Assembly: GCF_963853765.1 (NCBI RefSeq)
Contig: NC_088858.1
Span: forward strand, 40,424,001-40,488,000
Length of the DNA: 64,000 nt
Direction: 5' to 3'
Source: Magallana gigas
Taxonomy: Eukaryota
In this document: positions 23,828 to 38,559 of the stretch, in pieces
Numbering within the stretch: the stretch's first letter is position 1
Layout of the letters: the number at the start of each line of letters is the position of its first letter
Translations under genes and position numbers: made by a program
Notes under the pieces: model-generated
The model's database searches: none
What the model was told of the DNA's origin: nothing
Seen by the model: only the letters and a program-made list of their open reading frames with translations

Positions 23828-26597
23828 AGTTAATTTATGTGATTGCTGACCTGAGGAAGTCTCAACAGTGCCTGTACATTTAGCCAATTGATTTCCAAGG
23901 CTGAACAATTCAACTTCATAAAATATACATTTAGGATACACTACCAATCATCAATGCAACCTAGCAATTGATACCAACTATATTGCTGCTTTCTGGAATG
24001 GTTTTTCTTTCCTGTAATGGACAAAAAACTTCTACACCATTTTTTCATCTTTGTGTAGTAATCCAAAGCAGTATCAAGTGATATATGTATTTTGTTTCTG
24101 TGCATGTTGGATAGTACAAATACACATCCTTACTTGAGCATGGTCATCTGTGATATCATTAAAATCAGTAAAAATGTCACTTAAACTTTGCATACTGGTA
24201 TGCTATCAGTTCCTTAAAATAAAGAGTTGGAATTACCTGCAACTTGTTTTTTTATACTTGCAATACAGTGTATAGAGTGAATGAATATGGATTAAAAATG
24301 TGTATAGAGAATTTCTAATCATTCCCCATGCCAGATCTTTCTTGTTGGATAACTACATGTACCTCTATCGCCAAATCAGAGAGGAGGACAAATGAAAATT
24401 TGATTAATTTAGCAAAATAGCAACAGATTTGAAATATCAAATTGAAAACTTTCCCAGATTTCATAAAATGAAACCTATGTATTTACAAGGACACTGTTAA
24501 CTTTGCTAGCTAAGTGTTCTATACATTATTTTTATCTAGGGAGATTAGAATTACGAATGGGAAACTTGGCTAACAAATATGGGACACTGTAAGACTATGT
24601 TCCTTGTAAATCAAGATAACCAAGAGGAGTTTAATGTGACATGATTATTTAATAGGGTAAAAGTAGGTACATTTACACAAGTATTCACTGTTGGAGTAAG
24701 CCCCTGGAAATCATTTCACTGTAAATATGTGTTCAAAACTCCTTAGTGTTTGGAAGATAACACTGAACTAAAAACATTCATATTGGAATTTTACAAAAGA
24801 AAAGCCTTCAAAAAAAGATATTCAAAACTACAAACTTTTTAATATAATATAAACTTCAATCTGATGGTTGAATATGAAAAACACAGGTTTTTTTTTTCAT
24901 TTTTGAAATAATACGTGTAAAACATGAAATCAACAAACCCATAAAATCATAATAATCTGTTTACTTTCACAATGGCTTACCCAGAGAATAGAATCTACTG
25001 TTGAGAAAAACATAAGTGTTCTATGCATCACATGTAATTTGGCTTTCAGATGCATGCTTTGAATAAAAGGTGAAATTCACTTCACACAAACAAATTATTG
25101 GCAAAGAAGGATATTCAACAATCAAACTAAGTTTTGAAAAATATAATCATGTATGCATTTAATAATTATTAGCTTTGAACAACGGTGACTGACAAAAAGT
25201 AAGAACATTGTATTAAAATGCCTACACCTTTGACATTGTCGGAAACCTTAGTACCGGCAACCAGAATTGTTGAATCTTGCATTACAGCAAATAACCCAAA
25301 CCGAACAAACAAACCCTCTGAAGATTTGAAGTAACCAGATAGAGATGGAGATCCTATAGACCTTCTAAAGTCAAAGCCCAATATTGTGACAGTATACTTT
25401 ACAGTCATGGAATTTACAGGTTAATACATGTATATGTGTCTTTACCATTTTTCTTCTTTAATAAACATTGAGACAGTCAGTTATTGCCATGGGCTCTTGA
25501 AACTTCAATGGAACTTGAAGTTGAAAAATTTGATTTATGTCAAACTAATAAATGGTTTTAAAAACAGTACATTTCACTGAAAATATATATTAATATGCAG
25601 GTATGAAATTTTTTTTATTAAGTTAATAGAAAAGGAGTAAATTTGATGTAAGAAAATATTAAACAGGTATTTATGTGTATACAATGTATCTAAAATATAA
25701 CTTGAGAAAGAATATATGAGCAAATACTTTTTGACAGCCAATTAACACACATCCAGCAGTGTTTTGTTATTTCTTTAAGTTTGACACAATTCAGATTTTT
25801 ATGTTCTCAATACTAAGCATTACTTAAAATAATAAAGCTACCAAAATACAGACTTAAGTTACCACTGGCATTAAAAAGAAAAATCTATAAAAAGATGACT
25901 GAACAATTGTTCCATGCAATTCATAAAATACCCGCAGAATATCAGTCATGAAGTCAGTACTGTAATCTCCTTGTCAACATAATCTATAACTTCTGCATTA
26001 CAGTACATGTAATATGCCCTATGCAATGTACATAAAAAAAATCAACAAATTCAAATCTTTAGAAAAAAAATCTTTTTAAAAATTCTGCAGCTGCTGCTAA
26101 AGTACATTAATTGAAGAATCAACAATGTACAGGTACACTATATGCAGATATGCCATATTACAATGAACACAATGAATCAATACCCAGAAGTCTGGTTAAC
26201 ACACTGACCAGTAGATACAGAGGACATAAAAAACATGTACAAGTCACCAATATATCTCATTTCATTGTTGGTAGATCTTGATTTTTCAACATTTCATATG
26301 GGACACAAATACCGTGATAAAAAATAAAAATAAACGTGTACATTTACCACATACACAGTACAATAAGCATTTCCATTTTACATGTTATATCATAATTTCT
26401 AAAAACATGATTCATTGAAAGATCACAGTCACATAATTTAATATCTTAAAATATGGAATAGTATTGTCAATTCTATTGTTAAACAATTTCATAAAATTTT
26501 TCCATCACCAACAGGTACATGTATAGAGGTGTGGATTTCTGATATTTGTCATTTTCTTCATTTTTATGCCACTGTTAATGTTGGAGGCGATAAAATT

Positions 26598-29500
26598 TTA
26601 ACAGACTTCAATCACAGAGTCTCTGGCTTGTCCCACTCCAATCCATTTGACTGAAAATGTGAAAAGATAAACAACATTGGTTACAACTTTCAATAATGAT
26701 TTTTCATACCATAAAGAAACTTAAATTTGTGACTTTATTTCACAACTTATAGGAGAAAAACTTATTCATGATAACTGATTTTGGGAGATGTACATGTCTT
26801 GAAAATAATATACCAAAGACAATTGAAAATTGATTCCCTTGAAAAAAATTCACGAGATCAAGTCTCTCGTGAAAATTCCTCATGTGCGAATGAAAGTATA
26901 TGTAATGTATCAATGATTGTAAATGCAATTGCAAGACATTCAGATTGGTGTACCTGGTACTCCGACAAGTTCTTCTATCTTACGAACGTAGTTCTGGGCA
27001 TTCTGAGGTAGTTCTGAGAAGTTCCGAGCTCCGGAGGTATCACTTTTCCATCCTGGCAGTGTCAAATATTCCACCTCTAATCGACAGAGATCTTCATCAA
27101 GAGCTATCATAACAAAAATACAAAATTATGACATGATTCCTATTTCAGTAGTGGTATTCTAAAGCTGTTTTTTGTCAAATTTAACAGCAAAATTAAAATA
27201 CCCCAAATCTCTGTGCCTCATATTGATTTTAAAAATTTCTACAAATATTATTAAGTAAAGTAAAATTTTAACTACAATTGAAGAATCTCTCTCAAACCTC
27301 CCTCAACTTCAAGGAGTTATATGTATAAATTAAAAGCATTTAAAATTCTCAACACAAGGACACTTCTTCATTTATAATTACAGAAACTTTAGTCTCTTAT
27401 TTATCATCCGAATGAAATGAATTTTAATAGCATAATATACATCTAAAGAGTTAAACATATTTTGAAATTGTTTCCAAAGATCACCTGGAAAACTGTCATA
27501 GTTTTTTGTTCCATCCAACTCATATGCTATTCCTATCTTTACTTCATCAAAATCATCCAAAACATCTAGCTTGGTTAGGGCAAGACTACAAAAGATATGT
27601 TAAAAAATGTCTGCATCTATTTGGAGTGACTTTGTTTAAAACACTAGACTACACTATATAGTTATACATAGTTATATCTACATGTATTCTCACTCCTAAG
27701 AGACTGAACCCATTTACAGAGTAAATCCCTTTTGACAAGTACCAGTAGAAATATGCCATTGGACAAAATCAACTTAGAATACACAAATTGTAGTCTTCAT
27801 CACTGTTTTTATCACCGAGTTAACAGGGAAGAAAAAAATATGATGAAATTATCACAATGACACAATTCTCATAAATTGTATCATTTTAATAATAGACATA
27901 TTCATTTTCAGTTCAATAATTCTTTTTTGGAGCAAGGCACTTTATTAAAAGCATTTTCCATTTATTACATCCATTCAAAACGAGATGTTTGTCAAACACT
28001 TATGTCCCCTCCTTTTGAAACATCTGTGAAGAAACTAAATAGAAACTGCAAATAACTGAAACATCTTAATTTCAATATGTTCATCCTCTCCAAAGAAAAT
28101 GAGCGGAAACTGCAAATAATTGGAATTTTTATATGTCCAAGGGGCATAACTCTGTTAAAAATTGCTCAATTGTACCCAATATCAAACTTGACCTAGATAT
28201 TATCCTGATAAACCTGTATACCAAATTTCATTTCAATATGTTTCCTCTCTGTGAGGAAAATGAATGGAAATTGTTGGTGGACCGACATACCGACAGCAGC
28301 AAAACAATATGCCCTCCCTTCTTCAAAGGGGGACATAAAAAGATGTGTCACAGGACTGCAGTGTGTTGCATTAGTTTTACTGTGCAAGGCAGCAGTCTTA
28401 GTTTGGGAGACCACTGATGATGTGAGAGAAATGTAATATTGTGGAATCAGCATTTTTCGTGGGGGACCAATGTTCATGGCTTTCGTGGGTAACCCACTAA
28501 CCCTTGCACACGTCCCCACGAAGGTGTATACAAGCATTTGTTTAATATTTGATAAATTATCCTGAACTTCCTACCCCCACGAACAAGGAAAAATTTGGCT
28601 ATCCACGAAAATTAACCCCGACAAATAAAAGAAATGGTTCCACAGTATAAAAAAGTAAAATATCCAGCAAGTCTTCAAGAAATTACTGTTGATGAAAGAG
28701 AAGTAATCCTAAGCCTTACTGTGTGAATCCGTTGATCATGGAGGAGTAACGTAACATGACGATATCCAGCCAACCCACGCGTCGCTTCCTTCCCGTTGTC
28801 ACTCCGTACTCATGTCCGACATTCACAAGTTTTTCACCAATTTCCTGTTCATTATAGATGCTCAGTGAGGATAATAACACTTTTCCGTATTATTCTGATA
28901 CAATTTCTCTATTTAAATTTAAATAAGTCATACACAAAAACAATAAGTTTCTGTTAACCAAATAGAATCATAATCCTTAACTTCACCTTTAAATTGATAT
29001 TGGAATGACCTTGAATATTTAGCTTTAACCTTAAACATCTCTGAAGCAAGAAGTCCCAATTTTGTATCAATTTAGAGTAACAAAAAGATTTAGAAGTGCA
29101 GAGTCCTTTTCTGTTAAGAAACATACCAAACAAAATATGCCTCAACTATTGTATCAAATATTATCATGTCAGACATTATAAAGAGGACATTCCATAACAT
29201 GTTCACTTACATTGTGGAGTTCAGTGGGAAATCCCCCACTGCCCACCCTGGTGAGGTAAGCTTTGACCACTCCCACAATGTCCCCCAAACAGTGAGGAGG
29301 GATTCCCAGTCCAGTGCAAACTCCTCCTATACTGCAGTTGGAGGATGTCACATACGGGTACAATCCTATTTAAAGACATGGAATGCTGATTAAATTTTAC
29401 CATCAAGCAACTGCAAGTCATACAGTTAACAGATCACTTTCACTCAACCCTTCTTACCAAAGTCAATGTCTAGAACATTAGATTGGGCTCCTTCAACCAG

Positions 29501-32500
29501 AATAATCTTCCCATCTTTGATGGCCTTGGCCAGGTATGGAATTGTATCCTTCACAAACGGCTTCACCTTGTTTCTTAATACCTGCAAAGCAATAAATCAC
29601 AATTACAGACAGTTATACCTTATACAGGGAAATATTGGCCCCCATTGAATTTTAGCCCCTTTTGCCCTCAAAGTCAGAAGGTGAATTTAAGACTTGGGGA
29701 ATACCAAGTTTCAAATTGTCTCTCTTTAAACACAAACATGCCTAGGGGATCTGAACTGTAGATGGGCAAAAATAACCCTGTATACAATATTTATGAACAA
29801 ATTAAAAATCACTTGTTTTATCAATCAAGCATGCACATTTTTCTTCCATATTTAATTATTTTCAGCGTGCCGTTTGCATGAAATCATAATTTATCACTTA
29901 AATTTCTTGTTGACAAATCTGACAGACCAAAAAACACATAAATCAGTTATCCATTTCCTAATATTTTTTCTACTATAAGAGAAATATTTAGAATTGAGGT
30001 CAGACAACACGTTCCTCGAGCATCTTTTTGTATCTCCTTGTTATAGAGAGTTCAAGTAAGATTATTATTATTTAAAATTATTTTTAATTTGATTGAAATT
30101 TTCTTTATAGATATATGTCTAGATGGCCAACTGGTTAGAGAGGTGGCCACTCCCTGCTAGGAGCGCGGGTTTCATAGGTCATGAGTTCAAGCCCTGGCCC
30201 CGGTGAAGCTCCAATATAGTGAATTTTCCTGTGCTGTAAATTTTTTTATTTCTATATCAGCAATTTAAGTGTATTTTCAAAAAGATTATAAAGGAGATTG
30301 CATACTCTTAGTGTTTTGCAGAAATGCCTAGTAAGGTATCCTGATTTTTTGCAAGAAAGCGTGTCAAAGTAGTAGTAAATCAATAACAAATTCCTGGAAA
30401 AAGTTATATAAAATTGAGGAACGTGTCGTCTGTCCTTAAAGGTATGAATGATTTGCTTGACAGGCCTTTATATTATAGATGTGTAAGTTTAGTTATATGA
30501 AGGGTTTGATGACATAAAGCTATAACCTTGGCAATCTGTTGGGGACAGTGTAATTACAGTACCTTGTATCTTTCCAGCTCTTTGTTCACATCCACTTCCA
30601 GATCATCGTGGTGACTCTGGTAGTATTCAATCAACTTCTTAAATCTGAAGCAAGGAGTTGAACAAAATCGTTTTATGCACTTCTAAATACAATATCAAAC
30701 ATCAATTCCGTTTTTTTTCTCACCAGTGATTTTCTGTTACTGTTAACAGACCTTAACTTGTGGAAACATGTGAATTTTATGGCAAAGTATCCACAAAAAG
30801 TGCCATGTCTAAAAGATTTCTGAAAATATGTCGCAACATCTACATGTACAGGTATATCTTTACACCAACATTACATTTTACCTTCAATTATCCCTAAGCC
30901 ACTGTAATGAAACAAAAGTGAGGCATGTTGGAGATACAAACTAGAATAATAGATGTTAGCCAAGTAAACTAAAAAGTACTCACTTTTCTGTAAATAGAGA
31001 GAAATCCCCAACGAGATCACCCACACGCAGACCATTACGAGTTGCCTGACAAAAATCAGATTCAGTGAGTGTAATTTCAAATACAATTTCTTGTTTAAGT
31101 GGTAAAAAACCCAAATGATTGGCTTAGAAACTTTTTGATCGCTCAGAAAAAAGATGAGTATAATCTATATACTAAAAGGGATTCACCCATTTGTATCCCA
31201 TTCAAAAAGTTTTGGCATACCTAATATAATGCATCAAAGGACAAGGTCACATAAAATTAAAATCGTGGTTCTCAGGCCAACCCTCACTAATCGATTTTGA
31301 GAAAGCTGAATTGCAAATTTTTTTTTTTTTTAATGAAGCAAACAGACAGTAATACGGCCACATATCTGGAAAAAAAATATTCACTTCCACTTTTGTATGA
31401 ATCAGAACTCCTCATGTTTAACCCTTATCTATTGCACTATCGTCAAAAGAATACTAATTAGTTTCAATTTTGCTTTTACTTCCTCTAGTCCTGTCATGCA
31501 CAGTAAAGACTTCTGATGAAGTGGTTTGGACTTACAAATCACTTCAACATATTCCTTGTACTCGAGATATCAGTGTTTGAGATATCAAAGTTTAACTGTA
31601 CAAAGATGTGTATTTTTTCGTCTGTTTCCAGACAGTTCAAAAATAAAGAAAAGCAAATTGTTGGACAATTTTTGTGTAAAAAGATAATAACAATAAAATC
31701 GCAAAAACCTCTGACATGCAACAACAGATTTTGCATACCTTAGATGAATAGGCCGGACCAATGCCTTTCTTTGTTGTTCCGATTCTATAAAGGAAAAATT
31801 TCTATTGTAGATATAGTCAAAGATTACAATGTATGACATAAATGTGATGGACATAAAAGTTACTTCCATATAACATGTATCTTATAGGTATGTTCAGGAT
31901 TAGAACTTAACACTAAAGAGCAAACAACTTTTGATAATTTTAATGCATCAATTTTAATCAGAATAATATGAACATATATACAATTGTAAATGATATACAC
32001 ATGTATATGCCTGTAGCAAGTAGTTCAGTTCCTTAATTAGTTATAATATAAATAGGAAATATTTAGGGATTCAGGTTAAATAATGTCTTACATAAAGGAA
32101 TCACTTCTAGCTTATTTATAGCTTTGACAAGTACATTATCACTGTACAAGTCTCATTGAGATTTAGTATCTGTAACAGGCAGCATATAGACTGAAATACC
32201 AGGACAAGAGAATCCAGGATGTCGAAAGGAGAATGCTTACATAGATGTAAGCTTTAGTCTGCTGTCTGCTCCTTACAGTATTTATCTGAAGACATTTTGT
32301 TTTGACTTGAATGAAAATAGGATGTTAAACTCAAACTAACGAGCAAATTGTCCTTGTGATGGTAGTGTACAAGAGTTCAGTGCTATGTTGTTTATACAAT
32401 GTATTTAAATCCCACATCTGTGTCTTGATCCCTGTACACGTCACTCACACACAAATGTCAATTCTGATGTCAATGCTGCCAAAAAAAATCCCCAGTCATT

Positions 32501-35500
32501 ATGAAGTGTGCATTATTCTCCTATAATTTATACTGTGGTCTTTATTTAATCCTGGTTTAGGAACACATTTCAGTTATGCACTTGATAAATTAGACTAATA
32601 ATATCCTTTATCTCAAACCACAGGCATATCCATGACCAAGCTGTACAAGAATATAACTTGCGTGTATAAGATAAACAAATGCATCTTACATAAAAATGAG
32701 AGTCTTAGAGATGACCTTTGAGCAAAAGTGACAGAAACAAGCATTCTGAGAGTATTGCATAAGCAATACACGTCCCCTACCGGTTTGTGGAAATTGTGAA
32801 AACAATGCACTGTTATGCAGAATATCGAACCCGAACATTAAAAAATTTGAATATAAAAAATTAATTTTCTCGAAAATATGTCAACCAGACGCTACAAAAG
32901 TAGAACTTGATCTGTAGTTTGACATTTTGAAGCTGTTCAGCAAATTTCATTTTATTCCTCAAACGCATAAAGAGAAAAAGTGTGGAAAACTGAAGTGGGA
33001 CAGACAGACGGACAGACGGACTGACAGACGCAGAGGAAAGCTATAGTCCCCTCCGGTAAAAACCGGTAGGGGAAGACTGCATTTTACACAAAAATGAGAG
33101 TCTTAGAGATGACCTTTGAGCAAAAGTGACAGAAATAATTAATACTTACACATTTTTGCCACGCCCGGACTCCTGGAGACCGTCCACCATCTGATGGACA
33201 TCAAACACTGAAAACAATGGAAAAAACAAATCATACGATACTGAATGGTCTGAAATCCAAGTTACAGTTCCATTTTCATGCCTTGCACAAAAGTGTTTAT
33301 GGTCATTTTGTAAAAATATAAAACGTAACAATGGGTCTGGCTGCCGCAAACTATTTAAGATATTGATAACAAACAACAGATGGGTCAAATTTTTCCTGAA
33401 AACATAATGCTTTTTATAAAAAGTTTTGTGCATTTGGTTACATGGGGTTGTAAATATAGAATGCCCATAGCAGCAGAATAAATTGAAGAGTGAAAATGTG
33501 CATCTTATTACACCTTGTACAATGACTAAATGCTCTACTGTGTATAGATTACACAAACACATTCTACACTTCAATGTAGACCCATGACTGTCCAAGTTAA
33601 AAGATTGCCTTATTTATTTTCCTGAATAGGGAAGAGTTTTCCAGGTGATTAATTGTTTGATAAAATATGATTCGTGTCCGACTGGTTTCTTAATAGTTAA
33701 TACTAAATAAGACAAAATACTTTCACCCAGCATTGTAGGTTATCAACTAATTGGAGACGACCTTGAAATCATCTTTTCCTCACAAAATCATTTTAACCTG
33801 TTAAATATTTAAAAACTAATCATCTAAATCCTGAGATTTACTTTGCCTTCAAACAGGAATCATACATAAATAATGAACAATTTAGCACATCAAATGCCTG
33901 CAAAAAACCTTTCATCAATTTCAAGGTCAACCTTTCTTAAACATCAAAGGTACCATTTACATAATATTGTGATTGCTTTGTGATCAGTTTGGCAGGGTCA
34001 ATTACGAATATTCCAATTAGGAATATTTCTTTCTGCATTACAGCCTGTTCTTTGGGGGTATCAGTATGTATTGATTTTGTACAATACTCATCTTTATTGA
34101 CAAAATGGTAAAGAAACCTATGTTTATATTGGATACCTCGGGCATACAAAGAGCTTAACAACGCCAACCTGTTGTGTAGGATTTGCAATATGCTACATGA
34201 ATATTTGCCTAATTGACAACATATGTGATCCCAGTAAAGAAATGATGTTTACCTTTCTGTATGATATTGTTCAAGTAATCTTATCTCTTTTTGATTTATT
34301 TTGTCAGAAATGCAAATAAACAATTATCCTATGAATAGATAAATGATTAAAATACATTTAAAATAGGCATCTTATCATGCTGAGAAATGGGACATGTCAA
34401 GACCACAGGAAACCCATTTAACCAACTCATGCAGCTGTAGATTGTTACAAATGCAGAGGGAATGGAGAACAAATGAGTGAATTAGCAAAACAGTAAGAAA
34501 CCTAACACAAATAAGCAGTTCTCAATCAGGTCAGGGACAAACCTTGACCTTCAGTAATATAGTCCATATTTCTTGAATGGCTTTCAATGTTACTTAATAT
34601 ATGACAATTCTGAATAAAGATTACTTTGTACACTTTGGCAATGCACTTACCTAGGTGGGCTCGGTTTGATATCAACAGTCTGTCTTGCCAACCTTCCAAA
34701 CCCTTTGCAGCATTCTTTTCTATTTCTTCAAACAAGTTTGGCAGATGTACCACAACCCCATTTCCTGCATAAAGAGTGCATGAATGATAAGAGATAATAT
34801 AAATTTAATGTAAATGGAATCAATATCTGCGATTCTTTCTTTCTCATTCTTGCACTGCCTTTGATCAATGAGTGCTATTGATAATTCAATTTTTAAAAAG
34901 TTTTGGAGGTGTTTGACAACAATCTTATGTTAATTTCAATTTAAACGATGATTCGCACATTATTTCTTGATGAATGATTGATGCATTGATAGTGCCAAGT
35001 TTAAAAAAAAATATTCAATTTGTAAAGTGCTTCTCATTTTCTTTCAATGCATGCAAAACTAAGGAAAAATGTTATCAAAGCCGCTAGCTGGCTTAATATA
35101 CTTTGCAAGATTATCCCTAAAATTAATATACGGTATCTCAAAATACTAAAACCCCCTTTAAATAAGCTTTTTTAATGCAAATTTTGTACAAACCTATAAC
35201 AGCTGTGCACTTTTTGTTGACTATTCCACTGGGCAGAAGATGAAAATCATAAGCATTTTCACCAATAACAACAGTGTGGCCTGCATTGTTGCCTCCCTTT
35301 AAAAAAAATCAAATGAACTGATTTATTCAGACCTTTACTATTTTAATATCATTTAAAGGGGATAAATAAATATCTCAAAGACCAATAAAAGATAAAAATT
35401 ATAAAGGTTTCTTGCTGGACTAACTTGATAAATTGAACAAGATAGGACCAAATGGAGAGAAAATATGTTCTAAACGATTTCCCATGCCCTGCTTTAATTA

Positions 35501-36577
35501 ACCTTGACTGCTCAGGGTTCTCACACCTCTAATAAGGTATGGGGCTGAAGCCATTACGATTGGGAAAATAGGAACTCTTAAATTTTTTGTTAACCATTAT
35601 ACATAAAATTCATGACACATTGGGTTTCTGGTCTTTTGTTATCAACTAAATTTTTGTTTTTGCAATAAAGAGGAGTATGTAAATAGCAAACATGGCAATT
35701 GGAAAAATTAACACACTCAATTGGGAAAAGAATTGGGAATGGGGCAACCATAGACAATCAAGAGCCCTGGGGAGGGGGGGGGGGGGTGCTGTTGACCTAT
35801 TACTTAATTGGTTGGTTTGAACTTCTTTCAAAATTCACGGCAAAGTTATGAAAGTATGCCTTGCACATCCCCCCCCCCCCCTTCCAATGATTTGACACAA
35901 TTCTATCTTTGCTTACACGCAAGGTGTTCAACATGTGTCTCTCGTTATTAATGTAGATTAGTTCAACAGATTCCAGCCAAATGATAATAAGTAGAAACAT
36001 AGCATGCCTCCTCCTACACACTATAGACGCACTGTGCTAAACTGTACGCGTTCTACGGATATTAATAAAACCTGCTTAGTTATAATAATGTCACTGTAAC
36101 CCAAATATGCTATTTGAGAAAGAATAATACTCAGGAATGCAGAAAACCCAAAGCTTGATCAAATTCACTACGCGAGACTCGAAGAGAGCGTTTCTTGATT
36201 CTTATTTTTAGTTCTTCGTTTTCCGGATTTTGAAATAGTCCCTCGAGAAATAATAACGACATGCTTCTGTAATGTTATAGGAAGGTCGATCAAGGTTATC
36301 ATTAACATGAAATACACGCAAAACTTTACAAATACATAACTTGTAACAAAAGAGTGAAAATCTACGTCAAATAATGCAACAAATAAAGAGAATTAAGATA
36401 AAACACGGAAATACGAACCTGACAGCGACAGCAAATGTCGGCATTGGCAGCGATCATGTCAACTATTTTTCCTTTCCCCTCATCTCCCCATTGTGATCCA
36501 AGGACAACAGTTACGGGGTGTGTGGGATCTGTTCTAGGTTTTTTATGGGGAGCAATGCCATTTAATGACGTTGCCAT
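26598..36577 (-). CDS. ADSS: Adenylosuccinate synthetase, about 443 aa, 13 exons
   Basis: Exons 36577-36419, 35296-35194, 34764-34651, 33207-33150, 31784-31739, 31045-30984, 30644-30563, 29581-29458, 29365-29211, 28844-28720, 27585-27485, 27103-26954, 26650-26598. Motifs [69 protein letters not shown]. Confidence 0.98.
27978..28341 (+). mobile_element. HINE/Helentron-type non-autonomous element
   Basis: 5' aacgagatgtttgtcaaacac; core aagggg-cataactc...aaacttgacct...ccaaatttca; 3' hairpin atgccctcccttcttcaaagggggacat followed by an A-run. Confidence 0.75.
28437..28647. mobile_element. TA-flanked MITE (same terminus type as 23437)
   Basis: tattgtggaatca / tggttccacagta; internal ccacgaa motifs shared with 23437-23649. 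Confidence 0.7.
29616..29789. mobile_element. Degenerate TA-flanked MITE
   Basis: taccttatacaggg / ccctgtatacaata imperfect TIRs. Confidence 0.55.
29998..30435. mobile_element. Kolobok-like MITE carrying a tRNA-like segment
   Basis: 20-bp TIRs ggtcagacaacacgttcctc / gaggaacgtgtcgtctgtcc (18/20); flanks TTGA / TTAA; tggccaactggttagag (~30124) and gagttcaagccc (30183-30194) inside. Confidence 0.7.
32736..33075 (+). mobile_element. HINE/Helentron-type element flanked by a 58-bp direct duplication
   Basis: 5' aacaag, subterminal tcccctaccggt, (GACA)n-like tract, 3' hairpin tcccctccggtaaaaaccggtagggga; flanking repeats 32680-32737 and 33078-33135. Confidence 0.75.
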
Positions 36578-36769
36578 GTTTTTGTTTTTTTCACTCGACA
36601 GAGCTCAGAGATCTAGCTTGTGTATTCCCTACAAACTTTAACACTGCGCATGAACAGGGAAAAAAAGGCGCGAAGGTATGATGCGTTTCGCCTATAGCAG
36701 GTCGTTCGTAGAATACTCCTTCAATTTACCACGGGTTGATCCAGGAGGGCGTTGGGGGGGGGGGGGGGG

Positions 36770-37210
36770 TCCTGGATTTTAGAGATTTTGTAGGGTAAAC
36801 ATGAAGTCTTCAAATTTTGGATTTTGTGATATTTGTTCTCATTAATGTTAGTATAAGTAAAACAATTCTTTACAATTTTTAACGGTTTTGAGATTTAGGA
36901 ATCTGCAATAATCCTATCAAAAACCTCTGCCTTGCAAAAATATATAAAGAAACTTTTCTTTTAATTTTTATTGGGGTCCAGGGGGTGAAGCCCCCGGAAG
37001 CTCCTGGATTCTAGAGATTTTTGTAGGGTAAAATTGTAGCCTTCATATTGAGACTTATATTGTGATATTAACTTCTTCTCGTTATTGTACTTAAAAGCAA
37101 TAACACTAGTTATAATTTTAAAAGGTTTGTAGATTTAAGACCTGCTGAGATCCCCTCAAAACCATCTGCCTTGAAGAAATATAATAAGAAATATTTCCTT
37201 TTATTTTTTT
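36770..37210. repeat. Diverged dimer of a ~232-bp unit upstream of ADSS
   Basis: tcctggatt(t/c)tagagatttt(t)gtagggtaaa at 36770 and 37002, with colinear sequence following. Confidence 0.75.
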
Positions 37211-37738
37211 TCTTACGAATAGTTGTAAATTAATCAGTTTTAAAAATCTAGTTCAATGGGACGGTGTAAATGATGTTCAACAAAAGAAGCGATACCAGTT
37301 TGTATTATTATAAACATGGAAGAGTCGTAAAAAACACAAGCTGGTATATCAATTACTTAAAAGTGGGTGACTGGTCACATTTGAACCCAAGGAGAGTGTA
37401 ACTAAAATGAGGGTTTTTTTGTACTTTACATCATTGAACCTAAATCATACTAGTCTACTCCGTTGAAATTAGTCTAATGTAGAAAAATCTCATGAGTTTC
37501 CAAAAATTTGATAGTTAAGACTCGCAATTTGTACATTTTCTTTGCCAGAGGGAGTATGATTTATCTTTATTTCACAATTTTAGAGGCGCACTGGGTGCGC
37601 CCCCTCCCCCCCCCCCCCCCTGAATTTGCCAGTGCTTACTTAAACACGACTGCTTATAAATGTGTTATTACATGAATTAAGCTATAAAATGTATATTAGC
37701 ACATATGAAAAACATATTCATATTATATAATGTAATTA

Positions 37739-38331
37739 ATGTCATACTGTCAGAGGATTAAATTTAATATACTTTTCCCGGAATTTGAGATTCGTCGAGA
37801 ATTAAAAAACATATATGAGGATATGTATTCCACCCAATGTGAAAACTCTTGGATTTCTATGGTAAAAAAATTATTGTGCTCTGCTGGTTTTAGCAATGTT
37901 TGGTATGCACAAAATGTTCCAAATCAAAGAAAACTATTTTTAGATATTAAGCAAAGACTTTATGTGATGTCTTTATCCAGGAAAGAGACGCCTTCTTTGC
38001 AAGTTCCTCTAAATGTTACGTATACAAATACCGGTATTTGTACGACCCTTTTAGTCTCCAGTATTATCTTTAAAAATGTATATCAGAAAATATTGTTCAC
38101 TATTTGACAAAATATAGATTGTCTGCATTTAGACTAGCAATAGAACAAGGTCGGTATAATCAAACTGTACGCTCGCGTCGCATTTGTAGATTTTGTACTC
38201 TTATTAGGATTGAAGATGAATATCACTTCATTCTAGAATGTCCAATGTACAGTCATTTACGATGTATTAATATCAATCAAAGTACTGAAGAACTGATGGG
38301 AGTTGATTTTGTCGATGTTTATTTATTTTAA
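37739..38331 (+). mobile_element. LINE 3' fragment with frameshifts
   Basis: VKKLLCSAGFSNVWYAQ...IKQRL, then TKYRLSAFRLAIEQGRY...RICRFC...IEDEYHFILECPMYSHLR. Confidence 0.85.
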
Positions 38332-38559
38332 AATCATTGATATGTTATTTTTCATGACAAGTATATGTAGTTTCTAATTTGATTTGAATTACGCACATTT
38401 ATATAAATGAATTTGTGTACCTTTTCGACAAGAATGTCGAGAAACCCCCATATGAATCATGTTAAATAATATTTAAAGATAAAATTAATTCAATCAAACT
38501 ATGTATCAGTAATAGAAATATTTCTCAAAAATTGCATGGATCCAAGCAATATTGAACTC

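Noticed and set aside
25169-25408. 79-aa ORF between the converging GINS1 and ADSS 3' ends
   Set aside because: No motif or splice support; compatible with chance in 3'UTR or intergenic DNA.
28133-28537. Overlapping 61-114-aa ORFs
   Set aside because: They fall within a HINE-type element and a MITE; these are common spurious ORFs.
33937-34188. 83-aa ORF in an ADSS intron
   Set aside because: No recognisable domain; ADSS exon phases are complete without it.
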